Source: Chiloscyllium plagiosum
Taxonomy: Eukaryota
Direction: 5' to 3'
Length of the DNA: 59,769 bases
Assembly (NCBI RefSeq): GCF_004010195.1
Contig: NC_057719.1
Coordinates: 29,054,556 to 29,114,324 of the forward strand
Part shown: piece by piece, positions 25,464 through 39,497 of the stretch
Position numbering within the stretch: position 1 is the stretch's first letter
Layout of the letters: each line of letters starts with the position of its first letter
Program-made: the position numbers and the translations under genes
The notes under the pieces: generated by a model
What the model was told of the DNA's origin: nothing
Databases searched by the model: none
What the model saw: only the letters and a program-made list of their open reading frames with translations

Positions 25464-27580
25464 TATATACAGTATAAAAAACTTTTAAGATCACCGCTGC
25501 TACATCTTTAAAAGAATTTGACAAGCTTCATTTAACTTTACTGATTCAACGGTGTCACAACAACACTAGCAAGTACTAGACTAAACGGTTGATTATAGTA
25601 ATAGCTGCTCTTTCCTGCACTACTTATTGTGTTTACTATATAACTGCTATGGATTTGGCTTTTTTAGAAGAAAAACAGGTCTACAAAAATGGTTTAAAAT
25701 AAAACCTGCACTTAAATGAAATTATTGTTCCATTTCACTCACAATGATGCATTTTGGTGTTTTACTTTAAAGCAGCAAATGGTGTGTGACTGACTGACTG
25801 GAGTCAAGCCAGAATTTGTGATTAATTTTCCGAAGCAATACATGCTCTAAGAATTCAGTTACCGCTTTGAGTACAAACAGGTTAAAATGTTTACCTTGAG
25901 TTGTGATTATCACTGCACGCCAATTCAACATAATGACAAGATTTTCAAAAGGATGATTTTAGACAAGCACCTTTACGACAAGTCTAGTAAATAGGGCCAG
26001 TTTGTTGTTATCTGTCAATTGCAATCCTCGGCGAGAAATGGGATGTTGGATGTCAATTAGAGGTAGCGCATTGTGAATGCCAATGAACTCATTTCGTCTT
26101 TAGGTTTCCATTGGAACCAAACAAAGGGTAGTAGCATATAGCGAATGAAAAGTAGACAATCAGCAATTTATTGCAAGAAACATGCCATGCAAAGGGAATA
26201 AAAACTAATATGACATCTTTTCCCTTTAAAATTGTCCAGCAACAATAAACTCGAGATAAAAAGGCTCCTTTGTTAAGACGTAGAAGATTATTTACAGAAG
26301 CAGCCAATTCGCAAATTGCTTCCTGATTGCCATGTTGGATTCCCTGTAGAGGCTTAAGAAAAAGGAGGGCAAATACCAAGGACAGCGCCTGAGTGAACAA
26401 TAAGCAGTTCCAGCCGGGCTATTAATTGGTAAGGAGAAGCTCGGGATTAGGAATTGTACAGTGGCTGCAACGGCTCTAGTTGAGAGCATTGCTGTAGTTG
26501 TGGCCAATATGTGAAAGCTAGAGGTTATAACTGCCACTTCAGGGGAACGTATAGCTTCTAAACAGAAAGACGAAAGCAGTATATTGGTATACAGCATGTA
26601 TGTATTGAAGTGTGCGATATAAATTTGTTTTGCATCATTCTAACAGATTATGAACCTGAGCATTTTGTTGTAAAACCTAAGATTTCTTCGTAATAGGGAC
26701 CATTTCAAAGCATCTGTTGACTTTGTACCAAGTAACATTACGTCACTTTCGATTAACGGTATGTAACAATCCCTTTCCGTTTTGTTCTTTTACTTGAGCA
26801 ATCGAGTTTCACATTGAAATTGTCACGTCAAAATGACAATTTGATTTTTCTAAAAATGTTTGAATCCGCCGGCGAACCAAAAGTCCAATGCAAACATATG
26901 AACGTCTGAGTTTTACAATTGATTACACTAAAACGTACAAATTTTTAGATCGAAAGTTGTTTCTTACCCGAACTTATCGTACAAGAAGACAACATTTGCT
27001 TTATTTATTTTGCAAAGTTAGCATTGTTGGAACATGGAAGTTACGGTATAAGTCTGGGAGAAACGTAAAAATTCAATATCACCACATAAAGTTCCGATCC
27101 TTTAGTTTTCAAGATATTTTATGAGACATTTTTGAAAATTCATTTTCATTTAAGTGTTGATTTTGAGGGATGATAATGCTGTTTGTGCTCACTAAGTTTA
27201 GTTTTAACGGGGCTGGTGAGCATGTCTGCAATCATGCATGCGCCGAGTCCTACCTACCTGATCAATTGATGTTTAAGCAGGGCGGCGGTGTAAATAGAAG
27301 TGAACCGCAGATTATAATAAAGCCAGTAGCAGAGGTGTCAGCCTAGTGAGAGAAACGATGCATTTGGAAGTAGTTTGTCGGGAAAACAATACAATATGCA
27401 TGCTGTAACCAGATGGCTTAAGCATAAAGGCCACTTAATTGTCTATCCCTTTCGACACTTACGTAAACACGAGCTAAAGTACTAGTGAAATATATAGAAC
27501 AGAAACAAAACCGGAGAAATCGTGCGTTGCCAACTTCCTGAGCTGAGATCTTAAAACGTAGCAACATTACAAAAACAAAG

Positions 27581-27811
27581 TTAAAAATCACACAACACCA
27601 GGTTATAGTTCAACAGGTTTAATTAGAAGCACACTAGCTTTCGGAACGCTGCTCCTTCATGAGGTGGTTGTCATCACACACAACCACCTGATGAAGGAGC
27701 GTCGCTCCGAAAGCTAGTGTGCTTCTAATTAAACCTGTTGGACTATAACCTGGTGTTGTGTGATTTTTAACATTGTACACCCCAGTCCAACACCGGCATC
27801 TCCAAATCATG
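27581..27811. mobile_element. Palindromic Penelope-derived element (second family)
   Basis: ~90-bp near-perfect inverted arms (27581-27670 / 27681-27770); 15-bp TSD ATTACAAAAACAAAG (27566-80 / 27812-26). Confidence 0.85.
27685..27719 (+). ncRNA. Minimal type I hammerhead ribozyme motif (Penelope-type)
   Basis: CAC-CTGATGA-A-GGAGC-GTC-GCTCC-GAA-AGCT-A-GTG: intact core, 5-bp stem II, palindromic AGCU in place of stem III, CAC/GTG stem I. Confidence 0.7.
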
Positions 27812-29332
27812 ATTACAAAAACAAAGCTAACTTGTTCTTTTCTTTACATTTCAGGAGTATGTGGAAACTGCCATTTCAGTATTGAAATAACGACAGAACT
27901 CAAGTAAATTTAATAAACTAACTCCTGAGGGCACTGCATTACCTTGATTCGTACAACTGCAGGGCTATATTTTAAATGAGGTCTGCAACTAATGGGATTC
28001 TCAGTGTTTTAAGCACAGTTTTAAGCACTTTGTTTTTAAAGAAAAGGATAATGCCTCAAAGAAGCTCTGTGGGCGTGCCGCAATGTTGGCGTTCCTGTAT
28101 TTTATATGAGGCGTTAAACTGAGAACCATTCTACGAATTGTCACTATATTTTCTACCGGAACTTGCTGAGTTGGCTGCCGTCCATCCCATATTAAAACAT
28201 TCAACAACATTTCTAAAGTAACTCATTTGACTATAAAACTTTTAAAAGGTTTAACAGAAATGCAATTTTTTCCGATGACTTTTATTTTATTATTTTTCAA
28301 TGTATTATTATTATTGGAAACCAGATATTTCGAACGTTTTTTCCCAAATAGTGAGGCCAGTGACAGATATCTGTACGCATATGTAAGCACACGTATCAGT
28401 ACGTTCCTTGTAAGGTTTAGCCGGTTTGCTAAGAAAATAAAACTCTAAGTCTACCCTGTATCATGGTATCATCTCTCTTCATATTGCAGTGTATGTGCAA
28501 TTTTTAAAACGTTGACGAGCAGTAAGTGGCATGGCTTATTGTAAGAATTTGAGCACATCATAAACAAGTATTGTCTGGGCTTATGAAATGCAATAATACA
28601 GCATTGATCTTCTTTATAATAACAGAAACAACGCTGAAAAGAATTGCCAGAATCTCTTAAGTCACTCGGATCAGTATTTCACTTTGTCATTTCAAGTTAG
28701 TAGTTTGAAGCTTGATATAGTCCATTATCTATACAGGTGTTTAGAAATATAAGGAGATGCCCCTGGCGTAACTTAAATTGACCCCGGGCTGGAAGATGGC
28801 AAAGAGGGAGTTGACTCTCCTGTCATTTGGGCATCTGTGCTATGTTCCTTGGCTGGACGAATTCAAACAGGTAATTGACATAGCATAAAATACTAGCCCC
28901 AGAAAGAGAGTCTATCAACAAGTACACAGAATCATGAGGCTGTACTTGCCAGGCAGGTGCATTTTTTCAGCTCAAAGATAGACGAGAAAAGGATGAATTC
29001 CCTAACACTTTGACAGGACAGCAGATTGCTGCCTTTACAACTTTAATGAGACCAGTTCATTCTGTGCCAAATATTTGTTCAATTTCTAGTATTAGTGAAC
29101 CAGTCTCAATTGTCATCAGTTATACAGTTTTCTGTCTAATCACCGATAATGCACCATATCTAAACTGCCGCTCCTAACAAATTTAATTTAAAAATCCAAA
29201 AATTCCTTGCAAATAGTCAATGGCCTCTCTTAGGAAACCGTGGTCCTAAATACCAAATTTTAACCGTATTTTGAATGATGTGATGACTAATAAGGCATGT
29301 TAGCCTGAGGTGAAATCAAGCCTTTTGGAATA

Positions 29333-29422
29333 AAAACAGAAATGTACTGGACAAGCTCAGCAGGTCTGGCGGAAAGAGGAACTAAGTTTACATTTCAAGT
29401 CCAATATGACTCTTCTTTGGAA
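29333..29422 (-). mobile_element. Degenerate Penelope-derived fragment (46655 family)
   Basis: Reverse complement resembles the 46655-46750 element. Confidence 0.4.
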
Positions 29423-30013
29423 TTGGATTTTTTGTTTGGAAAGTCAAAACCTTTTGGAAGTTTTGTCCAAATACATTTTTGAGTTACAGGAAAATTGCAT
29501 GTTTACATTTTTCCTTCTACCTGTCAAATTTTGAAAAAAAATATTTCTCAGCCTGCTGTTGTCCAATTGAACACTTTAACGGAAGCCATGGGGTGTGCAA
29601 AAAGAATAGAGATAAATTAGATTTTGTAGATGATCAACACCGGGCAAGAAATCGCCATTTTTTATGGACAGCTATTTTGCGTCTGATAGTTTTACATTGT
29701 AAAACAGTACAGCCGATATGACTGTTATTTTCTATCTTCTCAGGAATGAGAATTAAGCTTGTAACCATTATAGAGCAGAAATATGTCATTAATTGTGTTC
29801 ATTTATCCACTTATAATTAAATAAATCTTGTTTCGCAGTTTATGATATAACTTTTATAAAATATTCTCCAGACGTTATCACTCTTCAAGGTTGAGAAACA
29901 TCAAGAGAGAGCAACCTGTAAGATGAAATAGAATTATTCAAATGAAAAGTAGATATATTTATTTCAGAACATTGCATTTTAGATGTGGTATATAATTAAT
30001 TTGAGTTTGGGCA

Positions 30014-30357
30014 GGGCAGTACAGTGGATCAATGGCTATCACTGCTGCCTCACAGCACCAGGGACCCGGATTCGATTCCAGCCTCGGGCGACTGTCTGTA
30101 AGAAGTCTGCACATTTTCCTCGTGTCTGCGTGGGCTTCCTCCAGGTGCTTCAGTTTCCTCCCACAGTCCAAAGATGCGCAGGTTAGGTCGATTGACCATG
30201 CAAAATTGCCCATTGTGGTCAGAGATATCTCGGCTAGGCGCATTAGTCAGGGGAAATGTAAAGTAGTAGGGGAATGGGTCTGGGTGGGATACTCTTTGGA
30301 GGATCGGTGTGGACTTGTTGGACCAAATGGCCTGTTTCCACATTGTAGGGATTCTAT
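30014..30357 (+). mobile_element. V-SINE (HE1-like)
   Basis: tRNA-like head, core and CR1-derived tail; explains the overlapping ORFs at 29959-30577. Confidence 0.9.
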
Positions 30358-33300
30358 ACTATTGTATACTGAGTGTAACACGATTGACAGGAAATTAGAT
30401 AACTTTAAACCTATGGTTCCCAAAATTATCCACCAACTCATCAGTAGTGACTTATTGTTATGTTTAATTAATAAGTCAATTATCACTGTATTAGGTGTAG
30501 CTACCAGACTGGTGGATGTAAAACTAGATAGATATTTGTATTTTTGTCTAACATTTCTTTCACTTACATACTCTTAAGAGTTTTGTATTTGGTCCCGGTT
30601 CACTAACATACACCTTGGCCAGGTAAAAACATATTGATTGAGGGGTTGTCTATGATTTAAACATTGAGTAAATGTCAGCAGTCGAGTATTGAAGTGTTTT
30701 GAAGTTTGCAGTTGTACAGTGCTGCCTTAACTGGTGCTGAACTCCAGATGGAGAGTTGATGGGTCAAATGATTTTCCACCACGCTCCATCTTCTTATGCA
30801 CTAATGGCTAAACAGTTCAAATGATGGGATGGTATGTTTTTTTTTAAAACATCTGGAGTTAGCAATTAAAATATTAGAACCGTGAATGAAGGGCAACTTA
30901 ATATATCAGTAACACATTTTCAAGGTTTAACCCATGTTATATGAAAGAAGTGCTGGAGCCATTTTGAATTTTCTGTAAGATGGTCATCCTATTTCCACAC
31001 AGGCATACAATAGACCATGAAAGACATAACAGCTAAATATTATAGTACATACTTTCATAGGACAGATCCATGTTGAAACTTTTACCCGAAAAGAACCACT
31101 TTTTACTGCAGATAATCTCATGCAACTTATAGTTCATACCACTTACCGTTTTTGCAACATATCTGCAATATAAGAATTGCATGGAACATACAGTTTATAT
31201 TTTATATTTTACTTGCATTGTTACTTTAGTCCATTTATTCCCAAGGGCTAAAGTGATGTTCAACAGCAAATAGACTAATCTCACAGTACCGGGGAGATCT
31301 GTGAAGTTGGCATTTACTTGTGACCAATTAGGTAACTGTCTATAAGACCTGTTCACCATCTACTTAATATAAGCACGTTTTAAATATTACAGGTCAATGT
31401 AAAAGCCTTAATAATTCAAATCTAGATGGAAAATTATAGTTTATGTGTATCAATAATTCCTAATTGTGGCCATCATATGTGCATTGATTGGAAGGTAAGA
31501 GAAAAGGATGTATGGGCCATGATCTAGGTGACAATCACATTCATAATAGGAAGTTCCGTAATAAAACCAATTTTGGGTAAGGGGTTTGATTTCTGAATGG
31601 AGATAAATTTTATTCCATATAGTCATAGAGAAATAGAGATGTACAGCATATAGTTCGAGATGTCCTTGTATCATTGGAACTACAATGGCAGTGTAATAAA
31701 AACTAAGTGATATGTTAAACCTATTAACAGTTGAATAATTTTATGACATAGGGATTATATGATCGGAAGTTTAGGAAAAAAAAAAGCAGATGCTAAAATA
31801 TCCAGTATCCCCTAACTTTCTAACATCAGAGTAACAAAATTATGCTGTGGAGGTGCCTGATAATAAGTACAATATTGTTATAATGTCTACCGTAGTAAAT
31901 ATATTAAGAAAACGTGGGGTTTCGTTCAAAATTAAATCTTTGATTAGACATTGGAAACTTTTTGTATAGTATTTATAGATAATTATTTCACTAGCTTATA
32001 ATTAAACTCCCCGGCAAGTCCAAGTAACGCAAAACGGGAAGCATGCAATGAATACTAATAAGTATATCTTACTCGTGTGCCTTTCTCAGCGAACGAACAA
32101 GAAAACGATCAAATCATTGCGAAAAATAACCAGGAGCCTGACAACGAAAATGCAAGTGTGGAAAAATAAAACTATGTCACCGATTTAACGGTATAGATGT
32201 GCAAATTGTGATTAAATTATATCAAATATTGTAGAGGTCTGAAAGCGTTAGGTCTTGTACTGAAAGAAGATGTTTGTTTACTCCTAACAAGATTATTGTG
32301 AAAATAATGCATAATTAATTTTCAGCTCTACTCTGATTTGCATATTTAAATACCACAGAACCTATATAATACGTTAAATGCATCTTTTGAAAACATTTTT
32401 GTTATGTTTTATGTTAAAACATCGGCTTGGAGCACGGCCACCCGAACTTTCTGTCAGTCTATATTTCATCTGAAGTTGCATCATTTAATTATTAATACAT
32501 TAATTGCAATCCTTCATACTTCCCTTGTGTGGTGGGGGCATAATCTAAGTCATTCAATCTTAACTGAAAGAAACTCGAGAATTATATTGAGAGCTTAATC
32601 ATTAAATAGTTAATATTTTTTCTGTTCGGTATTTGGGACAGAACACCCTTATCATTGTTATTTTCGACGGTTAACTCGTAGCAACGTACTCCATGGAGCC
32701 GTCTAAAATCAATGTTGCTCACGTTTCTTTCTGGGATCTGAAGGGAAAACAAACAACATTATAAGAAACAATTTTGCAGTCTATTAAAAGCAGACCTGCG
32801 ACTGCACCCAGAGAGAATACAAGAACTTTTAAAGAGGACCCTAACACTATCGTAAGTAATAGTTACGGATTAAAATGACTAATCCGTAAGCAAAATTTTA
32901 CATTTAAGTGAAAACTATCGCTTAAGCATAAGTGAGATTAGGAAAGCAAATATCATTTATCAATCTGATTTAAAAAAAAGAATTCTGTATATTTTCAAAA
33001 TACTGATGATCACAGCAATCTATCGCAAATTTATAATTTGGCTCTACAGTCGCCATTAGCAAGGATTAAAATCCATTTCAAGCGAGTTGATCTGAAAGCA
33101 GTGACATGCTTTGCAATTATAGCAAGAATAAAATTAAAACCGCGGTATGCTCTGTCACACACGAGCAATCGGTATGAATAAATTTTTCAAAATCTATAGA
33201 CGGTCCACTGATTACAGCACATTCATTTATTACCAGGAACCCTTAAACATTTCACCTACTGAGACTACTCACAAGAAAAGCCATTAATGCTTTATAAACA

Positions 33301-36300
33301 AATTTGTTTCTATCAACTACATGCTCAATCATTCTTACAATTTGTAACTATTTCGATGAGTAAGCTGCAGGATTGGGGGAAACCATACAATACTTGCCAA
33401 ATTTTCAGGACGCTTTTAAGAATGCTACAAACAAAGTAAGTAGCAAAAATTAATGTGTACATTTTTAAAAATTGGAACTAGTTAATATATTGCCCATAAA
33501 CAGTTCTCACTAAATAGAATAGTATTGCGGATCTTAGGAAATGGTTTGATTTAGAAGTAGAATCAGATTAGTGGTGAGAAAGGATTAATGCATCGATCTT
33601 TATTCTAACCTGCCTAAGTGCTAATAATGCAAAACCTAACTATTCCTGTCAAGTCTGATTCTACTGAAACAACGGAAGGCAAAGAATGCCATCAAACATT
33701 TGAAGAATGCTTAGGTGGCTGGACTAGAGAAGTGGCAATTCAATGTAATGTTAACAGATTCTTTTTAAAAAGCAACTAGGGTGAAAAATGTGCAACAGAA
33801 GTAAACCATTAATACAATTAGAAAATTTGGAATTGAGAATGACCATTTCAACCACTGAGTGATAAGATGAGGTGGCTACATAGGCGAATACAATGTTAGA
33901 ATGTTTCACAAAACAATTTGATTTGCACATGGTTTCTGCCAAACTTGAAAGTTCAATTCTTATCACCAACCACAAAAACATGCACAGATATTGGAGTGGA
34001 TGAATACAATATCAACAAGATATCCTCGTAGAGAATTGAGCTGTGATCTCCTTATCATGAATGTAAAAAAATAATTTGTTATAGATAAGACCCAGATCTC
34101 TGCAGGGATATACAGCCAGTTTGTATAAATTGCATAATACATTTAAATCCTAAATAAACATCTTCCCTCAAGCAATGATAATCATTTGAAATAATGTAGC
34201 ACTTAAAATCTTAGCGATAAAACATATAAGACACATTCAAAACATTGGTTGAAGCCACAATCGAGTTACGTACCAGGAAACCCTTCAGTTCTTTGTAATG
34301 TCTCACAAACATTTCCTATATTCTTCAGGTATTCTTACAATTAGAGCTTATTTCAGCTATCATTGAATTAATTTATTGAATTATTCATATCATTAATCAT
34401 TCATATCATTGAGTTACTTACATAAATTTATAAGTACTTCTATAAGTTTCAGTTTTATCCTTTAATTTTCAACTGTATGATAATCACAACTCATTTTAAT
34501 TACATTCTTTCAGTCAAAAAGTTAAATATTTTCCCAAACAAATCTAAAATTTTGAATCTAAAATACTATACTATATATCGTAATTATAGGGCTATATTAA
34601 CTGCAAAGGATAAACTGCATTTAGTTTTAAATTCGTTGTTTGAACTCGAATACTTCAATACTTAGTAATGGTTGCAATTAAAAAGGCAAGAGCTTCACTG
34701 TAGTATCATTGAAAGGCAACAAGAAGAGGGTAAGTTTATTCAGAATCACTACCGATAAAATGAAGACCTAGGCACTAAAATTGTGTTTAACATTTACCCA
34801 CAATGATTTTGACAAATCGCTAGTGAATGCAATTTACACATCCGGTTGTGGCTGTCAGACAGATTAGAAGAAAAGTAGCATTTTAATATAATTCACTTCA
34901 ATTAGGATGTTACTAAATTGTGTCCATCGTAAACCCAATTTTTGTAACTTCTAAAACAAAACAAAATGCCTGTCAATTCAGGTCAATTTCATTAACTCAA
35001 AACCAGCCAAGCAGTTCCCAGGCTGAATCAAAACGAACATGTAACATCATCCAAAGTTGGCGAAAAAAAGGAGCAAATTCATAGCATTTAAATTGGAGCT
35101 GAATGCTGTTGCTTTGAAATAACAAACTAAGCTCAAAAATATTTTCATTTCAAGAAATGCACTCACCCATTCAGTCGCGCGCTTGCCTTTCTCTTGTTGT
35201 ATATAGTTCAATGCTGTCTGAACCCCAGTCATTTGCTTTGCTTACCTCTTGCGGATTCAAAATGTTGCCTGGTAAATCTTTTGTAAACTCCTTGTTAGCC
35301 AATACACATCACAGAATGCTTAAAGCGCCCTTTGTCCTTCAGGGACTCAAGATCCCATCATTAGCGTTTATTACTCAGAGAAGTTTGACAATGTTATTGA
35401 CTACTTAGAAGATTTTTTCATTCATTCTTGTTGAGGTCCACCTCGCGCTTGAATAGAAACGGAAATATTTTTTCAAATATTTCCCGAGCCTCGAACACAA
35501 AAGATAATAAGCTGTTGCACATCTCCTCCCCTAGCCACCTTAGAATACAATGTTTTCTTTCTCTTTAAGATGAGAACAGAGTGGGAAAGCAATATTGCGC
35601 TTTTAAGTAATATTGCTCTTCCACGTTATTGGCGTATGCCTTGAAAACTGCGAATAAAGCGATGAATTTACCTTTTTTGTAATTAATACTATCTCCAGAA
35701 TCCCACTCCCATGTCGCTTGTTACTTGTTTGGCCGTTACTTCTTATTTACATATGGCTCGACAGTTGAAGGCTCGGGCAGTTTAATACCCATTTCTGCGT
35801 CTACGGTTATAATGTTTACTTCACTTGCTTTATGTGACCTTCTGACAAATTCGCTGAAAATGTAGTCGCTCAAGAAAATGTGGAACAGACTTCTCAGCTG
35901 CAATGAAATACATAACAATGATTATACAAACACTTGTTTTAATGAATACCATTTTGCCACACAACTATTTAACAGGGATTTTAAAATATAAATATATAAC
36001 GCCTGATGAGTAACTGAAAAAAAATTGACTTCTATTTTAAAACAGTTTTATTATCTTGCAGACAATTTATACCATTATTCAATGTCTGTTTTAATATTGT
36101 TACATGTATTCCCTGCATATTGAACTAACCTCATTCAGTGCCGCAGTGTAAACATATTAACTGCTCCATGACTATAAATTGCATGTTTCTGTTTGTTATT
36201 ATTAATTAAATGTTTTGCATTTTCCTATTGAGTCGATACATTTTTCATCGTTTTGTTTCCGTCATACTAAAGGAGGGTGAAAGTTCCTCCTCGAATTTCT

Positions 36301-38836
36301 GCTAAACTCATGAAGGTTGTAACGCCCTATCAGTGGCACGACCCAGTAGATCAAATGCTAGTTAATTTCATAACACCCAGTCCAAAATACTCCACAGTCA
36401 TTGGCTCTCAATGATGTCATAAATATCCAAATATTAATTCAAAATGAACATTGATTTAAAAAAGAAACATTGACCTATTTGGGGAAAACGTGATCTATGA
36501 GTTTTTCGGAAAAAAGGTGTCAATTTCATGGCGATTTATTGCAAAACTGAATGGGTAACACGGATACTCAATATTGACTGTTCTACAAATAGAGATCTCT
36601 TCCGGGTGAAGTCGTACTCTGCACGGTTTGAGCCGAAATGTAGTTCGCGAAGTAACTACAGGCGAGCAGCAATTATACTGATGATTTGTATAATATTAAG
36701 TGTGAAAAAAATCAATTAAAATAGACATCCGCAATCACAGTCAATGCAACTACTGACCACAAGTTATTTTCTAAAGTACCCTTTCGACTGCTTTGAAACG
36801 CCATTTATGCATGAAGCTGCAAAAACGAAATCAATAGTCGTGAAAATAAATCATGAGACTCAGCAAGCTAATGAAACCGTTAATATATACGTTGACGAAT
36901 TACGACACAAGCAAACATTTGAGATCCCAAAACCTACAAAATCTAAATCCTTCCGATTATTAAAATATAAAATAGTTATGTGTAAAAGTGTGTGATTATC
37001 CATATGGTTAGATCTTTGCCTGGAGAAATACAGTTGGCGCAACACGACTATTGGAGCAATAACTCTTTACTGCCCTGAGTTATTTGATTCGGCGAACTAA
37101 TAAAACTGCAGTTTAAAAATTATTCTTGAGCTTGCCAACTGCCCTGCACTTCGATATGAAAATAATCCACCAAGAATTTAGCCCAAAATTTTGCATCGGC
37201 ATTCTTATATTTTATGCAGATAAATAGATCGATTGCTGATAGCTATGTGTTAACATTTACAACACACTCAAAGAAATCGGGGCATTTAGGCAGGGCATTG
37301 GATTTGAAGTCGTGTTTGGTGTTCGTAATGCGTGGTTTTTGCACAATTTATGATCATTTCTAGGCAATTTACCAGAATGAACACAACAAGGAATCAAAAT
37401 GGCAAATTTCTTCGGAGATAAACATAAATGATTTCTACACATTGGTTAACAAATTTCTGACTTATTTTAATTATGCCTATGAGGTGATGGCAAATTTCAA
37501 ACTAGATATCGTAGGATGTATAGCATTTAGTAAAATGGCCAATTGTGGAATTAGTTGGACCCAATAGATATTATTGTGCTTAATACTAATTAATCTAGTA
37601 AATATTGCCAATTTTTATTAGTCAAAACCGTGATGTGTACTTTTGTTTATATTACTTGTTGAATTAAAATATTCCTGTTAGTGTGCACGAAGCAAGATGC
37701 GTCTACTAATAATTGAAGATTCCTTTACATTTAGAGAATTCCCAAATAGCATTGTTACATTGTGTTTAAACCGCACTTACGTGACATTTTACGTATTGAA
37801 ATAGGCTACACACACAAAGCAACGCTAAAGTGATTCATTAATAATAGTTTCGCCACGCACTGTAACATTAAATTGGTTTTTTTCCGCACTAAGAAGTGTT
37901 TCAAATGAATTACAATGCAACACATGCAAAGAGGTATTCCTGGATATTTCTCAGCGTTGGCTGAATAGAGTCAACACTTGAGAACTGTTTTAGAACTTTG
38001 TCGTCTGAATTATGAAAGCAGTTTAAATCCAGTGTTAACTTGCTATTGCACTTCAAAAAGGCTACAAAACAAAGTTTGTTTGTAGAATTAAAATAAGGCT
38101 TCGTTCCATTCTGCATAAAGGTGTTGTCCCGGACACTTACTGTGCTTAGGTTTGAGATCGTAAAGGTTATTGTTCTGCGAAAATTCCTTTACATTTGCAT
38201 CGCAAAATCCAGCAATACATGATGCTGCCTGCTTGAAAACGCCAGCAAATGTTACATTGTCAAAGAACACTGCGGCGAGTATTTCCAACTTGTCTTTCAC
38301 TTTATATGGTAAATATAAACTACAAGGATAATAGCCGTAAAAATAATGTAGAATGTAATGCATAGCTGACAACAGCATGCACGACAACAGCAGTTTGGCT
38401 ATCATCTTAATATCATGGAATAAGCATAACTGCATATGGTCAGGACATATTGTATAGTTCACATTCTTAAGTGTTCTACAGCAGAAAAGAAATCACATTA
38501 AGTCGGAAGACAACCAAAAAGGCAAATGAAATCAGACGGCGCAAGCATAAAGAAACATAGCTCAAGTGATTTAAAGATCAACGTCAAATTGTATAACATG
38601 AAGCCATTTTAGCTCGATGAGATTTAGCGAGCCTGTGGCACGAAGCTTGGTTTTAACAGTATCGGATTAACAGATCCGTTCCAAGTTTAGCTGATTCAGG
38701 TTAAATCTGATTTTCTCCTTGACCAACTGAAATGTTTACTTCAAACATCCCCACAGTCTTTGCAATCACAATGAAACTATCCAGGGAAACACAGATGAAC
38801 TGAAGATTCAGAAAAGAAAATTGAATTGTTAAATAT

Positions 38837-38842
38837 TTTATT
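38837..38842 (-). terminator. Candidate six6 polyadenylation signal AATAAA
   Basis: tttatt on + strand ~480 nt downstream of the stop, after an AU-rich 3'UTR; a T-rich tract follows on the minus strand. Confidence 0.5.
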
Positions 38843-39316
38843 TATCTTTCAAACTGTGTACCACTACCAATGAACAATACTCTACAAATAGTCTGTGCAC
38901 AAATGAACATACAAATAATGCAAAAAGCTAACAAAACAATTATTTTAAATAGACAAACAAACATATATGTATATATATATAAACTTTAAAGTAAAGTAAA
39001 AATATAACACCTTCTTTCAACATGAAATACCCACGAAGTTACAGGGTAGGTGCTCAAAATCTTGCAGCTTGGCAGAAATGGTTATCGAGGCATCACTTCG
39101 GTAATTTCTTTTCTATATGTATCCTTTAAATAAAGGTCATCACGAGTTTTTTTTTTAATTTTAACGACCGTGGTCGTCAAGTCTTCTGCCGTGAAAGCAG
39201 AATAAACCATTCCTAAGAGGATGATGCAAGGACCTGGCGACTGGGGTCCTCCGCTGCGGTTCACTGGACTCATTGTGCTGGAATTTGGAGGCGCCCTCAG
39301 GCTCTGGGTTCTCTCC

Positions 39317-39497
39317 TCAGATGTCGCAGTCACTGTCGCTCGACGTGATGGAGATAGCCGAGGTGGCCGCTTTGCTCCTCTCCGACACGCTGCACAAGCT
39401 GGCAGCGGGACTTGAAGCGCCAACCAGTGGTTCCACAGCAGCGTCTTCCTCGCTCAACGAACGCACGGACGCCTGTGACAGAATCTGCTGCTGCAGC
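39317..39497 (-). CDS. six6: SIX homeobox 6, coding exon 2 (C-terminus)
   Basis: Pyrimidine tract then CAG| acceptor (39500-39498). G completes the AG+G Arg codon, followed by LQQQILSQ...[19 protein letters not shown]. 572+181=753 nt, i.e. 250 aa; intron 39498-40281 is 784 nt, GT-AG. Confidence 0.96.

Noticed and set aside
29959-30577. Several overlapping 67-181 aa ORFs (similar ones at 4-213, 17310-17604, 58144-58368)
   Set aside because: Chance frames through V-SINE copies.
35583-35622. Short hairpin ggaaagcaatattgc...gtaatattgctcttcc
   Set aside because: Too short and AT-rich to support a miRNA or MITE call; no TSD or second copy seen.
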